In this document: positions 51,703 through 62,726 of the stretch, in pieces
Layout of the letters: each line of letters opens with the position of its first letter
Numbering within the stretch: position 1 is the stretch's first letter
From: Trypanosoma brucei
Taxonomy: Eukaryota
Reading direction: 5' to 3'
Assembly (NCBI GenBank): GCA_000002445.1
Contig: CH464491.1
Coordinates: 160,001-224,000 of the forward strand
DNA: 64,000 nucleotides
Translations under genes and position numbers: made by a program
The notes under the pieces: generated by a model
Told to the model about the DNA's origin: nothing
Databases searched by the model: none
Seen by the model: the letters and a program-made list of their open reading frames with translations, nothing else

Positions 51703-53597
51703 AATATGCGACTCGTTATATCATATCAAATCCCTTATCCACTGCCTTTACACAGTTGTGCGTGAAGTTGAGACCGTCCTTTTCCTTTGGTTTTGTTACA
51801 GACATTGAGATTTACTTACCATACGGATGCTCTTTCCCGTTACGTGGGCAGCTATGTTTTTTTTTCCTCGTTTTCCTCAGTACCACATAGATCGTGCTCC
51901 GGTCGATTTCCGGTCGACCATACATTCATTTATATACATATATATGTCTAGGTGAGTGAGTGTGTGTAGTGTATACATTACTGCGTTATTGTACATGAAT
52001 TGTGTACCTTGTGTTTGCGTTCTACTTACTTCACATGATGGCGCGCTAAGAGTTTTTCTTCCCTTCACTTTTGTTCTTTGAATATCGCATTGCCGTCGGT
52101 TTCCCCTTCATCTTCCCAACCCGGGCATAACCTTGCATACCCTTTGTACCAACAGTGGTGTGCAACGGTGGTTGCTTATCAGAGTAGGGAGAGTTGGGGC
52201 GATGTTTATTTTTGGGTGTTTGTGTACTCTTTTTTTTTTTTCATTCTGCTTTTTCGTTGTGACCTAGTAGACTAATACGGAGGGCACAGTAATGAATGGG
52301 AGTTCTTGACCTTTCCGTTTTCTATACTTAACACAATGTACCCAAAACAACAACAGCAACATAAATATGTTCTGTGTTTACATTGTCTGGTAGCGGGCGG
52401 AGCAACATCGAGTGATGACAGCAAATTTGAAGGGAATGAAGGCCCTGAGAAAAAAAAACAAATGGATGCAAGATGCGTTTTCCAACTGTATTTTCATGCT
52501 TTGTCCTTTTCTATGTTGCTACTGCTTCATTAAAATCTTCTTATAGTAATGTAGTACTTCGTATGCGGTTTCGTCGGGTGGTATCCCGGTGTTCCAGTGA
52601 CAGCGGTTCCCCTTCCGTGTTTTTTTTTTTTCGGGGTTCCTAAGGAGAAGTAAATCAAGCAACGAAAGGCAGCTCAGGTGGCGGAAGTTCAGTATATTAA
52701 CGTTATTTGTGCGCGTATATGTAGGTTACATTTAGCTTTACCACTAGACAAAACCTCTCTCCCATCCCTGGAAGGCAGTGTGTCTGTGTGCCTTGTTTTC
52801 TTCTTTTGCTGTGCCAACTGTACTACCGGTGATGACTAAAGCGGGAATATTTCGCATGTGTGTACGAATACACATCGCCGCTGCACCTGAACAAAAGAGG
52901 CATAAAAAACACGCTTTGGATGGCAATACCGGCTCTGCAAGGCCCGCCGTATGTTGTGATGAACTCCGCGTGCTGTATTTCCCAACGCTGCGAGCTCGCA
53001 TGTGCACATTTTCTCCCGTTCACCGTTTAGCGTTTTCGGTTTCTTTCAACTGTGGAAATTTGTCGTAAGTGTTGCAGTGGTTCCGCGAAGTTTGACGGTG
53101 AGCTATACGCAGATATGCGCAGTATGTTGCATGACGGCGCGCCTGGCTGAGAATCACCCTCTCGTGGGTGTTTTCTTGGCTATACGATCCCTAACCCTAC
53201 TAGCTTTCACGTAGTGCTGTTGGTGTGCAATACACCAGCTGCAGCCCAGTCCGGTGCCTCTTGCGGCTGATGCTACGCAGAAAAGTGTATATGCTCCTCC
53301 TCTTCACGTCATCATTGTTCCTGCACTGCGACGGCGGAACCAGTTCTGTTGCTTTCCTCTCTAGCCGGTTTGTTTATTTGACAATCTTGTTAGACAGTTG
53401 AGGCGCCGATTTCACGAAAATGAGGCGGTGGTTTGTGTGCTGGCTGAGTACAACGGGGGAGGGTGATGGTACAGTTCCTGCGGTTGGCATTTCGGCGCCA
53501 CACTTTCTCTTCCGTTCCTTCTTCAAACATTGCTTCCGGCGTCGCTTTTCTTCATCCTTGGCGGTGAATGGTGCACCATGTCTTCTTTCGAGCTGTA

Positions 53598-53612
53598 CCC
53601 CCCCCCCCCCCC
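53598..53612 (+). repeat. C15 homopolymer, the longest homopolymeric C or G run in the window. It is intergenic.
   Basis: agctgtaccc cccccccccc ccgcattc is read directly. Confidence 0.9.
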
Positions 53613-54243
53613 GCATTCAGCAACTCTTCTTTCCTCTTCTTTTCCCGGCCACATTGCTACAGCCACCTTAGGAGGGGGGAGACGGATGTTGCGTTGCGGT
53701 GGGGAATTGTCGAACTGATGACAGAGTGGAACTTGTTTGAAACGTGTTGTGGGGGTGGAAAGCTGTTGGATTCTTGCAGAACGTGTTGCTTTCTTCCGAT
53801 CTGAGGTAGTACCTGTTATCACCTTTCCGAAGTGGATTCCCCTTCTCTTCCTGTTGCTTCAGCTTACATCATTTATTCCCTTCATTGTCTTGTTCCCTTG
53901 ACGAAAGTGTGTCCAGACGAAATTCGTTTTAGCTTTTTTCTTGTGGAAGGAAGAGGTAAAGGTAGATATCGGGGAAGACACCCTGACGCATTACCGCGCG
54001 TAGCCGTTTCCCCTAAATTACAAGCTGCACTTCTCTCTTCATTGTGACTTGACAGTAGAAATGTGAGTGTACGTGTTCGACAGATGTATTCAGTGGGATC
54101 GCATTTACCACTCCTTTATGGTTGATCACATATCCCTGTGTGTGCTTTTTGCGTCACCTCTTTCTTTCCCTCTTTCAAATTTGTTTTTGTTCATTTTCGC
54201 GTTCTACAGTAGGGAATTATCGTCGTGGAAGCGTCGAAGGGTA

Positions 54244-56523
54244 ATGGCAAAACATCCCGGTGAGGGGGAGGGCGAACAGCAAAGGCTGTCAATGGGGGCA
54301 AAGCGGAGCACTCATGCCCAGTCGCCGTCACAGCCACCGGACGCGACGGCGGCACCAATCGAAATTCTGGATGCGTCGAAGCCCTTACCCGGCGATAGCA
54401 GTGACTGCAGACCTGGAAGTTCTGAGACCATTATAGTTTTCCCACCTCCAAGTATTTTTAAGCGTGTGGGCAGCACGCAACGCCCATTGCGGGGCGACAC
54501 AAAACCTCATGCCTCTGGGACTGCTGTGTCTTTCGACGAAAAGACCACCTCCCGGGAACCCATAAGCCACCAAACAAAAGTCAATCCTCCTCCATCCATA
54601 AATGTGCACCGTGTGCCCACCGGTGGGCAACCAGTACCGGCTGGCCCAAGGCAAGTGAATGAGGTGCCACCGAAAATGGATGATGACGCGGCGGACACCG
54701 CGTCGACGCCTGAACCTGACGACGAACATCTAAGAAGTCTTACAGTGGACGTGATGTCTCCCATAATTTCGGAGGAGGGAGAAGCTAAGGGCACTGTCAC
54801 CTGTCCGGTGGACGCTATTTGTGAGCAAGTTGACAATTTGTCCTCAGACGGTGACAAAGCTGATATAGCATTTGTATTGTATTCTCAGTACCTTAAAGAT
54901 TATGAACGAAAGCCATCGTTTACCGCAGATACATGGGATGAAATCAAGTACGTGGGCGATAGCGGAAGGCGGTTTGGTGTCCTGTACGATGAGGAGCGGG
55001 GCGCTGTTCAACTTATTTTATTCGGGAAATGTTATCGAATCTTCATCCTCTCTTTCCTGTTGAGGTTTATATGTCTAATACTTTTCTGGGCGGTTATGTA
55101 CATGTTGGCGTCTCGTAGCAAATTTTCGCCTGGTGGCTTGTACTTTGACACGTTATGCACTATTTTATTTGCCGGTGTGGTTGGTTCGATCATATCTAGA
55201 GTGACGCGTGTCCCCTCAGTTGCTTGCGCAGTCCTAGCGGCTGCTTTATACAACAACATTCCTCCCACAGGCAGCCTTACGGCAGGCACATCTTTGGATA
55301 TGAGGGGCGTAATTAGTTTGTTTGGGCTCACCGTCGGTATGATTAGGGGCGGGTTGGCATTAAATCTCAGGGCTTTAAAAGCCAACTTTTTCCGGTATTT
55401 GTGCTTCAGCGTTGTGCCAATGGTGGCCGAGGCTTTTGCGCACGGTTTTCTCGCAAAGATCCTGTTTCGTTACCCGACTACTACTTGGGCGTTGTTGCAC
55501 GGGTTTATTGTCACGGCTAATGCTCCAGGTATCATTATACCCGCCTTGATTGAACTTCAAAGAAAGGGATATGGTACCCGAGGCGGTCCCGGTGTGATGA
55601 TACTCATCTCTGTTTCTGTTGAGGCCACCTTCTGTGTTTGGACCATCCAGCTGTTGTTGGCAATCCAGTTCAACACCATGGGTCTTCTTCTTGCGGGGTT
55701 GCTTGGACCTATACAGATAATAGTGGGACTTGTGGTTGGGGTTGGGCTGGGGTACGCATTTTACTTCGTTGTATTTGATATTCTGTATAAGGAGGGACAG
55801 CGTGTGCCGCTCCGGGAGTCAACCATCCTTTACGCAACGCAGCGTCACCTGTCACACGTTAGACTCACATCATGCTTCATTGTCATGCTCGTTTCCATGG
55901 TTTGCACTTCCGTTGGCCGCATGGTGTCTTGTATTGGTGGGGCTGCTGTGATTATTGTAACAATGCTGGCCTTGTTTAGTCATTGGTGCGACGTCGCTAG
56001 CAAAATGGAGCACCTTACCGCTAAGGGTGACGTATTGGTATTCTTCCGTGTGCTGTGGGATTACGTTGCCATGCCTGCTCTGTTTGCAATGGCCGGTGCC
56101 AGTGTTAATTTCTCAGAGGTTTTCAGTGGGGATTTCTTTGCTCCTGGAATTGCGTGTGTGCTTGCTGGGCTCGTGGTGCGCTGCCTCTCTTCAATGATCA
56201 CACCGCTGCTTCTTCGCATGCCCTTCACATGGCGGGAGCTCGTTTTCTGTGGCATTGGATCCCTTGGTAAGGGGCCCATGCAGGCAGCTTTTGGCGCGGT
56301 CCCACTCATGTTTTTGCAAACTATGGGCGCAAATAGCGGGAACAGCACTGGCACAGCAGATGATTTCTCAGCCGATGATGATATTAAACACGCCCAAACT
56401 CTCAAAAATAGTGCCGTGCTTTCGATGCTTGTGGCTTGCCCTCTCTGCTCTATCCTGCTGGGGGTACTGGCTCAGAAGCTGTTGCGGCGTGACGCCCCCA
56501 GTGTTCCAGCTGCTGCAAAGTAA
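54244..56523 (+). CDS. Polytopic membrane protein with at least 10 predicted TM helices. It is a transporter-like, possibly cation/proton antiporter-like, fold with a hydrophilic N-terminal domain of about 270 aa.
   Basis: The first ATG is at 54244 (MAKHPGEGEGEQQ...); the track ORF starts upstream at a GTG in low-complexity sequence. The C-terminal two-thirds has many hydrophobic stretches of 20-25 residues, for example ICLILFWAVMYML, LCTILFAGVVGSIISRV, ISLFGLTVGMIRGGLALNL, ILISVSVEATFCVWTIQLLLAI, LAGLLGPIQIIVGLVVGVGLGYAFYFVVF, CIGGAAVIIVTMLALF and AVLSMLVACPLCSILLGVLA. Confidence 0.6.
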   Translation: MAKHPGEGEGEQQRLSMGAKRSTHAQSPSQPPDATAAPIEILDASKPLPGDSSDCRPGSSETIIVFPPPSIFKRVGSTQRPLRGDTKPHASGTAVSFDEKTTSREPISHQTKVNPPPSINVHRVPTGGQPVPAGPRQVNEVPPKMDDDAADTASTPEPDDEHLRSLTVDVMSPIISEEGEAKGTVTCPVDAICEQVDNLSSDGDKADIAFVLYSQYLKDYERKPSFTADTWDEIKYVGDSGRRFGVLYDEERGAVQLILFGKCYRIFILSFLLRFICLILFWAVMYMLASRSKFSPGGLYFDTLCTILFAGVVGSIISRVTRVPSVACAVLAAALYNNIPPTGSLTAGTSLDMRGVISLFGLTVGMIRGGLALNLRALKANFFRYLCFSVVPMVAEAFAHGFLAKILFRYPTTTWALLHGFIVTANAPGIIIPALIELQRKGYGTRGGPGVMILISVSVEATFCVWTIQLLLAIQFNTMGLLLAGLLGPIQIIVGLVVGVGLGYAFYFVVFDILYKEGQRVPLRESTILYATQRHLSHVRLTSCFIVMLVSMVCTSVGRMVSCIGGAAVIIVTMLALFSHWCDVASKMEHLTAKGDVLVFFRVLWDYVAMPALFAMAGASVNFSEVFSGDFFAPGIACVLAGLVVRCLSSMITPLLLRMPFTWRELVFCGIGSLGKGPMQAAFGAVPLMFLQTMGANSGNSTGTADDFSADDDIKHAQTLKNSAVLSMLVACPLCSILLGVLAQKLLRRDAPSVPAAAK

Positions 56524-57048
56524 AGGGCAGCGGAAATAAATTTGCAAGCAAACGCAAAGAAGGTTATTTTTGACTTTGGATGGCTGAGGCTGTTTGGGGA
56601 GGTCGGCGTGCGAATGCGGAGGAGCGAAAACTCGTGACTCCGCGGCAGCCGGCATGTATGAATACCGATTTGCAGGCTTGCAGACGCGCGTATGCAATAG
56701 CTCGCGGATCTCATCAGTATGTGTGTGTACGAACAGGGCTTAACGGTTGGACTTGTCATACATAATAATCTGTCTTTCTCTTTGCTATCCATAAATTTGG
56801 ATATGCTTGTGGTTTATTAACACCGTGAGGAATGAGGAAGATGCGGCTACACTTTGGTGAATGGGGAAGAGGTTCCCATCTCCTTCTCCTCCTTTTTCTT
56901 TTCTCCCTTCTCCCCCTCCCAACTTCCAACTCCGGATGGGCAGTGCCTTCATAAAGGCACACGTGTACGTATGTACGAGGTTCCCCCTCCCCTGTGAGGA
57001 GCAACGTCACTTGGGCTTAAACGATGTATGCCCATGTGATGTGGTACT

Positions 57049-57069
57049 TATATATATATATATATATAT
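57049..57069. repeat. (TA)n microsatellite.
   Basis: This is read directly. It is the first of three (TA)n blocks within 450 bp; the others are at about 57284-57302 and 57475-57498. Confidence 0.85.
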
Positions 57070-58104
57070 GATGGCGTGTTTTCCTTTTCACTCAGCTCTT
57101 GTTGGTGTTGTTATTATTATTACTAATATTAATATTTTTGTAAAACTAATTACTCAGTTTCACTTGTTAATGAGGACGGTGTGGTTTCGTAATAATACTT
57201 GTAATGTTTCGCTCCGACATCGATGGGACGAACTTTACGTGTCTGTGTGCACAAATACACGTATAAATAAGAAGTTGTAGTAATATATATATATATATAT
57301 ATGTGGATGGAGCGGGCATTGCCGCCTTGCGGGAGGTAATGAGCAGAAACGTGAAGGGGGTGCATGTGCCATTTAACATTAGAGGTGTTTATGTTTTTTT
57401 TTTTTAGTAGAGAGGAATCAATCCCCAAGGGGATATGGTATGCTGAAAGGGTTTAAAGGAAGATATTTAACTAATATATATATATATATATATATATAGA
57501 TCATAAGAGTATGTAAGTGTGCCTAAATGGAGGGGATGTATAGCATCGATAATACGCGTTTACATTTGTGCTAAGGGGGAAGGGGGCGAAAAGGCGGGAA
57601 TGATACCATAAAAATTACGGACCGGTGCGTGTTCGGTTTCTCGGGTTCATCGGCTTCCTTCTAGGAAAATGATTGAAAACAGACGAATTCGGCTTGTGCG
57701 TGTCGTGCCTACAGCCATTTTGTGCCGTCGCTGTTTTTCGCCTTTTTTTTTTTGTGCCATACCGCTCTACTCCGGTCTGCCTTCGTTTTTTTGTCGAAAA
57801 TAAGTAGTATTTTAGCGGATTTGATTATTATTTTTGCTGCTTTCTTTTTTTTTTCCACTTCAACACATGGCGTCCCTTATGCCCGTTATTAATATTATTT
57901 CCCTTTTTTTTTCAGCACTATTACTTCTTACGGCTGTCACCATGTGGTTTGATGATCGCTGTGGTACGTTTCAATCGCATTGGGTCTCAGCTTTCCTTTT
58001 CTTCCATTTTTATTTACTTCTCTTCCCCGCCTTCTCACCTTCCTCTCAAATAGTTTTGGCTTTGCTGTTGAAGTGGGGAGTCACGGGTAAGCCGGTGGTG
58101 GTTG

Positions 58105-58845
58105 ATGAATACGCACGCGGCCGCTGTTACGGTTGGGTCGGTGCTGTTTCAATGCGCCGAGTCACGTGTGTATGAATGCGATTTCTACAGTCACCCTGCC
58201 GTATGCAAATATCGGCTTCCAAAGCCTTACAGGCACCCTACATTGGATAAAAGGCTTCGTGAGCAGCGCTCTGTGCGTGAGGCAAGGGCATTGGTGAGAT
58301 GTCAAAAGCAAGGGATCGCGGTGCCAGCGGTGTATGCCATCGACCGTGAGAGTTGCGCCATCGTAATGGAACGAATTATTGGGATGAGTGTACGGGACGT
58401 GCTTAATGAGGCGCAGCGGCCGTTGGAGGGCGCAGTGTCACCGGTGGCCGCCCGCCTGTTGGAAGGGATGGGTGAAGTGGTGGGGCTTCTGCACAATGCT
58501 CATATAATCCACGGGGATCTTACAACCTCAAACTTCATGTACCGAACAGCAACTGTGGCGGAGGGGAAGGCTGATAGTGCAGCATGTGGAGCCGCTCCAC
58601 GTGATCGTCTCGTCGTGTTGGACTTTGGTTTAGTGATGGACAAAAATAGTGCGGAAGAGCGTGCAGTCGACTTGTATGTTCTTGAGCGGGCCATTAAATC
58701 GTCGCACCCGTCGCTCGAAGGCGTGGCTTCAGCGTTTATCTTAAACGGCTACCGTCGTACTGCAGATCCACATCAAGTGGAAGCGACTATCACACGTCTT
58801 GGGGCTGTGCGGGCGCGTGGTCGCAAGCGTAGTATGGTGGGATAG
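58105..58845 (+). CDS. BUD32: Bud32/PRPK (TP53RK) atypical kinase, a KEOPS/EKC complex subunit.
   Basis: The first ATG is at 58105 (MNTHAAAVTVGSVLFQCAESRVYECDF...); the track start is a TTG. The Bud32 signatures are the glycine-loop-like ...QCAESRVY..., the catalytic IIHGDLTTSNFM, LVVLDFGL and the short 246-aa size. Confidence 0.8.
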   Translation: MNTHAAAVTVGSVLFQCAESRVYECDFYSHPAVCKYRLPKPYRHPTLDKRLREQRSVREARALVRCQKQGIAVPAVYAIDRESCAIVMERIIGMSVRDVLNEAQRPLEGAVSPVAARLLEGMGEVVGLLHNAHIIHGDLTTSNFMYRTATVAEGKADSAACGAAPRDRLVVLDFGLVMDKNSAEERAVDLYVLERAIKSSHPSLEGVASAFILNGYRRTADPHQVEATITRLGAVRARGRKRSMVG

Positions 58846-59297
58846 GCAATAATAGCATTTACTTGTCGTTGGCGGTGACACTCCCCTTTTTTCTCTTCAC
58901 TATTTTTGCGTTTCGTTTTTCCCACTTGGTTTACTTGTCAGGACCGATGGTGCCGTATGGGTCGCCCTTTTTACTTGGGCGGCGTTCGCATCGATGTGTG
59001 CTTCCGTATTTGCACGATGTTGAAGGGACGTGTCCGCTTCATATCTCTGCTTAATATTTGATTTACCTCTTCGACGCGGTTCCGCAGGCGGCACTACGCT
59101 CTACTTCCTGAGCTTGTTGATTATCTTCTTTTTTTACCCTTCGTAAACTTGGTGTAGGCGCTGCGGCACCCCGCAACCGCAGTTAACATTGGATTCGAAG
59201 ACGTCCCAAATACAATAGGGAGGCTTGGCAGAAAAGAAGAAAAGGGAGTTAAGGAGGATAGGCTTCTTCACTTCGATATAGAACACCATAGAAGCAA

Positions 59298-62144
59298 ATG
59301 CACGCTGGCACTCCAACGACGCGAGCCGCAACCCCCGTGCATTCGAAACATCAGCCACTGTTGATGCCAGCTAGAAAGAGAGCCTTGTCGCCCATACCTC
59401 AAAGGCTGCAGCAACGCCCCTCATTCGGTGTCGCCTCACCGAAACGAAACATGTTGTTTCAACGAGTTAAAGCACAAGATGAGGCGAGCGTATCGCTTCC
59501 TGATGAAACTATTCGAGAGCTTCGCAATACCCGAAGCCTATTTCTATGCTGCCGGAACCTTTTATCGTTCGGTCACATACAGTATCTGGAGCACATGACA
59601 AACCTTTCCTCACTGAATGTTCACATGAATGCCATCTCACGTTTGGAGTGTCTGTTTAATCTGCGAAACCTCGCTGAGCTCGACGTTAGTGCGAATGAAT
59701 TGCGTGACGTTGATGAAGGTGCGTTTGTGGGCCTTTGTAAACTCAGGCGTCTCAATCTTTCCAGCAACTTTCTCACTTCGCTGAGCGGTTTCAAGCACCT
59801 TCCCGCCCTAGAATGGTTGTCCGTCAGCTTCAATGAATTGGAAGATCTTGGAGAAGTGCAGCAGCTTCCGTGCCCACAGAAGTTAGTCTACCTCGACGTC
59901 TGCGGGAACAAAATCCCCTCCGTTGCCAACCTAGTGAAACCACTGGGAAAGTGTTGCGACCTGGCGGAACTCCGTGTAGAGGTTCCACGAGCCGCTCTTC
60001 TTCTTCCCACGACGCCACCCCAACTGCAGCTACGGGAGAATCCATTCTGTGCAACTGAGTCAAATTATGTGGAGCGCATTCTTGCAAAATTCAAGAGACT
60101 GAAAGTACTAAACGGCGTGCCATGCGGCTGTGATCTCACTGAGGATTTGCATGTATCATCCTATAGCGCTGCTGCGAGTGAAGGACCGTTAACCAAAGAC
60201 AATGGAATTAGTGTACGCGAGTGCAAGTTACACCCAATAACCGCTGCAGATTCTCGCGATACAGCGTCGAGGGGTGAGTTGCGCGATGCAGGACACTGTC
60301 GGAAGGAGGTGGTAGGGGCTGCAGATACCAGCGGTGTTGCTGGTAACGAAGTGAGAAACAGCAACGACTGCGATGGTTCTGGAAGTTTTCTCAACGTCGT
60401 AGAGATTACCTCTTCATCAGAGGGCCTAACCTCCCCGGTGTGTGTCTCTCGGGGTGTTACCACCGACTTGTCGGTGCCCCCCCATAGGGTTATGCACCTT
60501 TCAAGTACGGATGACGTTGCCGCGCAAAAGGTTCTGGAAGATGATAACGCACACCTCAAGTTGAGTCTTAGGAGGTTGCAGGAACAATTGTCATTGCGCA
60601 TGGCACTTGAGGAGGATCTGCGTCGTAGTCTCGAGGAGGCTCGTCGCAACCATGCGTCCCTAGTTGAATCTTCCGAAGTTGAGTCCAAGCGGTTCGGTCG
60701 GCAAATCGATGCACTGAAGGATGAATTGTCGCGGCGTGCTCAAGAATCCGGTGTGCTGGAGCGGCAGCACCGTGCCAACCTTGAGAAGCAAATGAAGAAC
60801 CACAAAGCCGCTATGCGGGAGTTACGCCAACGAGAAGCTGTTCGGGCTGCCCAAGATCTGGAGGAAAAGCTTTCGCAGGTCCACAAAGAGGCTGATAAGC
60901 GGTCGGCTGAATTACAGGAGAGAGTTGATAGCACTCTCAAACAGAATGAGTGGCTGCAAAAAATGAACGTGCAGATCGAGGAGCGTGTGAAACAGCTTCA
61001 GGCCGAGTTTCTGTTGTGTGAGCAATCTGCCAAGCTTTGCGAAAAGCGTTACCTACTAATGTTGGAAGAATGTTCCTCTCGTCATGCGGTTGAAGTGGCT
61101 GCGCTTAACGCACTTGTGTCTAGTGGTGCGGCATACCTGCATCTGTGGCAACACCACGGGCGAATGCTGTTGGTGTCCCACAGCAACAACCAGCAGGAGT
61201 GGAAAGAATATACGAGTAAGCTGAAGAAGCACTACGAAGGGATAGTCACGCAGCTTCATGCCGCGCAGGCCGCACGAGGCACACGTTTCGACGTTGCTTG
61301 TGACCCTATCGTAGTCAGCAACGAGAACCTTCGCATGGACGAAGAAGTGCCCAAGCTACAGGAGGCCCTGTCCCTTGCACGTGAATCTGAACAATTGGTG
61401 TCCCGTGAGAATGTACGGTTGCTTTCGTGTGTGGCGGCGATGGAAAAAGAGTTGGCTGATTCGGTAAAGTTGCTGCAGGAGCATCAAGCGGCTGCCCGTT
61501 CCGCGCAAGATGAGTTTACCCGGGAGCGTGATAACCTTCTTCGCACACTACACAATCTACGGGACACAATTCGTAAGAAAGATACAGCATACGACGAGCT
61601 GGAAGCTGAAGCGGAAGCCAAGATCGATGAAAAGAGGGCCATCATCGCCAAACTGGAGGCTCGGCTTGAAGAAGCCAGGGAGTCGGCGGAATGTCAGCGG
61701 GAGGAGGCGGCGAAACTTCTTCGTGTGGAGGAGGAGCTGCGGCGTGTCAAAGCTGAGTTCAGTGCAATCGAAAAGGATGCTTCACTACAAACTACTACCC
61801 AGCAGCCTCAGCTCAAGGAGTTGATGGATGCGCTCGACGACAGCAAGCGGAAACTGGCCACTTTGACTGCTCGTGAACATCAACAGTCTGTGAAGCTCGC
61901 GCGTGCAGCGGAAGCCCTAATGCTCGTTCGTAGGCAACTCGTACGGTTGGATGAGGTAAACACTTCTTTAACCAATGAACTTAGTGAACGTGAGGCTGCT
62001 TTGCGCGCAGCAACAACTGAAAATAGACACCTTCAACAGCAGTTGCAAGAGATACAGGAGACTGAGCGAGCCCGGCACCGAGCAGCTTTGCAAACCCTAT
62101 CCCAATTGATGGTGGGGGGTATTGAAGGTGCAACAAGGGCCTAG
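59298..62144 (+). CDS. Leucine-rich-repeat protein with a long C-terminal coiled coil. It has an LRRCC1/centrosomal-type or flagellar-type architecture.
   Basis: The ORF starts at an ATG and encodes 948 aa. SDS22-like LRRs are visible (LxxLxxLxxLxLxxNxIxxLxxL pattern, e.g. LSSLNVHMNAISRLECLFNLRNLAELDVSANELRDV, LRRLNLSSNFLTSLSGFKHLPALEWLSVSFNELEDL). From about residue 400 onward there is continuous heptad coiled coil, Glu/Arg/Leu/Gln-rich. Confidence 0.7.
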   Translation: MHAGTPTTRAATPVHSKHQPLLMPARKRALSPIPQRLQQRPSFGVASPKRNMLFQRVKAQDEASVSLPDETIRELRNTRSLFLCCRNLLSFGHIQYLEHMTNLSSLNVHMNAISRLECLFNLRNLAELDVSANELRDVDEGAFVGLCKLRRLNLSSNFLTSLSGFKHLPALEWLSVSFNELEDLGEVQQLPCPQKLVYLDVCGNKIPSVANLVKPLGKCCDLAELRVEVPRAALLLPTTPPQLQLRENPFCATESNYVERILAKFKRLKVLNGVPCGCDLTEDLHVSSYSAAASEGPLTKDNGISVRECKLHPITAADSRDTASRGELRDAGHCRKEVVGAADTSGVAGNEVRNSNDCDGSGSFLNVVEITSSSEGLTSPVCVSRGVTTDLSVPPHRVMHLSSTDDVAAQKVLEDDNAHLKLSLRRLQEQLSLRMALEEDLRRSLEEARRNHASLVESSEVESKRFGRQIDALKDELSRRAQESGVLERQHRANLEKQMKNHKAAMRELRQREAVRAAQDLEEKLSQVHKEADKRSAELQERVDSTLKQNEWLQKMNVQIEERVKQLQAEFLLCEQSAKLCEKRYLLMLEECSSRHAVEVAALNALVSSGAAYLHLWQHHGRMLLVSHSNNQQEWKEYTSKLKKHYEGIVTQLHAAQAARGTRFDVACDPIVVSNENLRMDEEVPKLQEALSLARESEQLVSRENVRLLSCVAAMEKELADSVKLLQEHQAAARSAQDEFTRERDNLLRTLHNLRDTIRKKDTAYDELEAEAEAKIDEKRAIIAKLEARLEEARESAECQREEAAKLLRVEEELRRVKAEFSAIEKDASLQTTTQQPQLKELMDALDDSKRKLATLTAREHQQSVKLARAAEALMLVRRQLVRLDEVNTSLTNELSEREAALRAATTENRHLQQQLQEIQETERARHRAALQTLSQLMVGGIEGATRA

Positions 62145-62726
62145 TCGTCATCTTTTTTTTTTTTTTTGGGAGGGGAGCACGGCACGCTTGAACATGAATT
62201 ACCTCTAGTGCGTTGCGGGACAAGTGGGCGCGCTTATGAGAATCGCATTCCTCCATCCGGCCATATAAGCGCCCTAACGCAACCGTAACCAACGACAAAC
62301 GGGTATGTTGGGGAACTGTTTTCACGAGGCGACCGGCTACATGGTTCTGCGGTAATGGAGTTTGGGGGGAGGGGATTGCACATTGTATGTTGAAGTAGCT
62401 TTTCTTTTGGGCCCTGTTGCAGACAGCGCCAGAAAAGTGAAGGGATGGGCATGTTTTTTGCAGGATTATTTTACAAAACAAAGAGAGACAGGAAGTGGTG
62501 TGCGAAGGTTAGCGTCAATTGGGTAAGTTTCCTGTATTTGCTTTCCATTGTTATTGTAACTCAGCACCCTTTGAATTTTTTTTGTTTTAGTCTTTGTGGT
62601 CTGCAGGTTCAAGGAGCGAAGGAAGGAAGGAAGGAAGTTCGCTGTGAGGAGTTGGTAACCCTATAGGCCAACCACGAGGGAAAGAAGGGGAAGGAATTGT
62701 TAAGTGTGTGGCTTTGTAGGGGGTAG

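Noticed and set aside
54067-54243. The upstream extension of the membrane-protein ORF predicted by the track (start 54067).
   Set aside because: The track start is a GTG, and the first 59 codons are low-complexity (FASPLSFPLSNLFLFIFAF) with splice-acceptor-like pyrimidine runs. The first ATG at 54244 (MAKHPGEGE) is the more plausible start.
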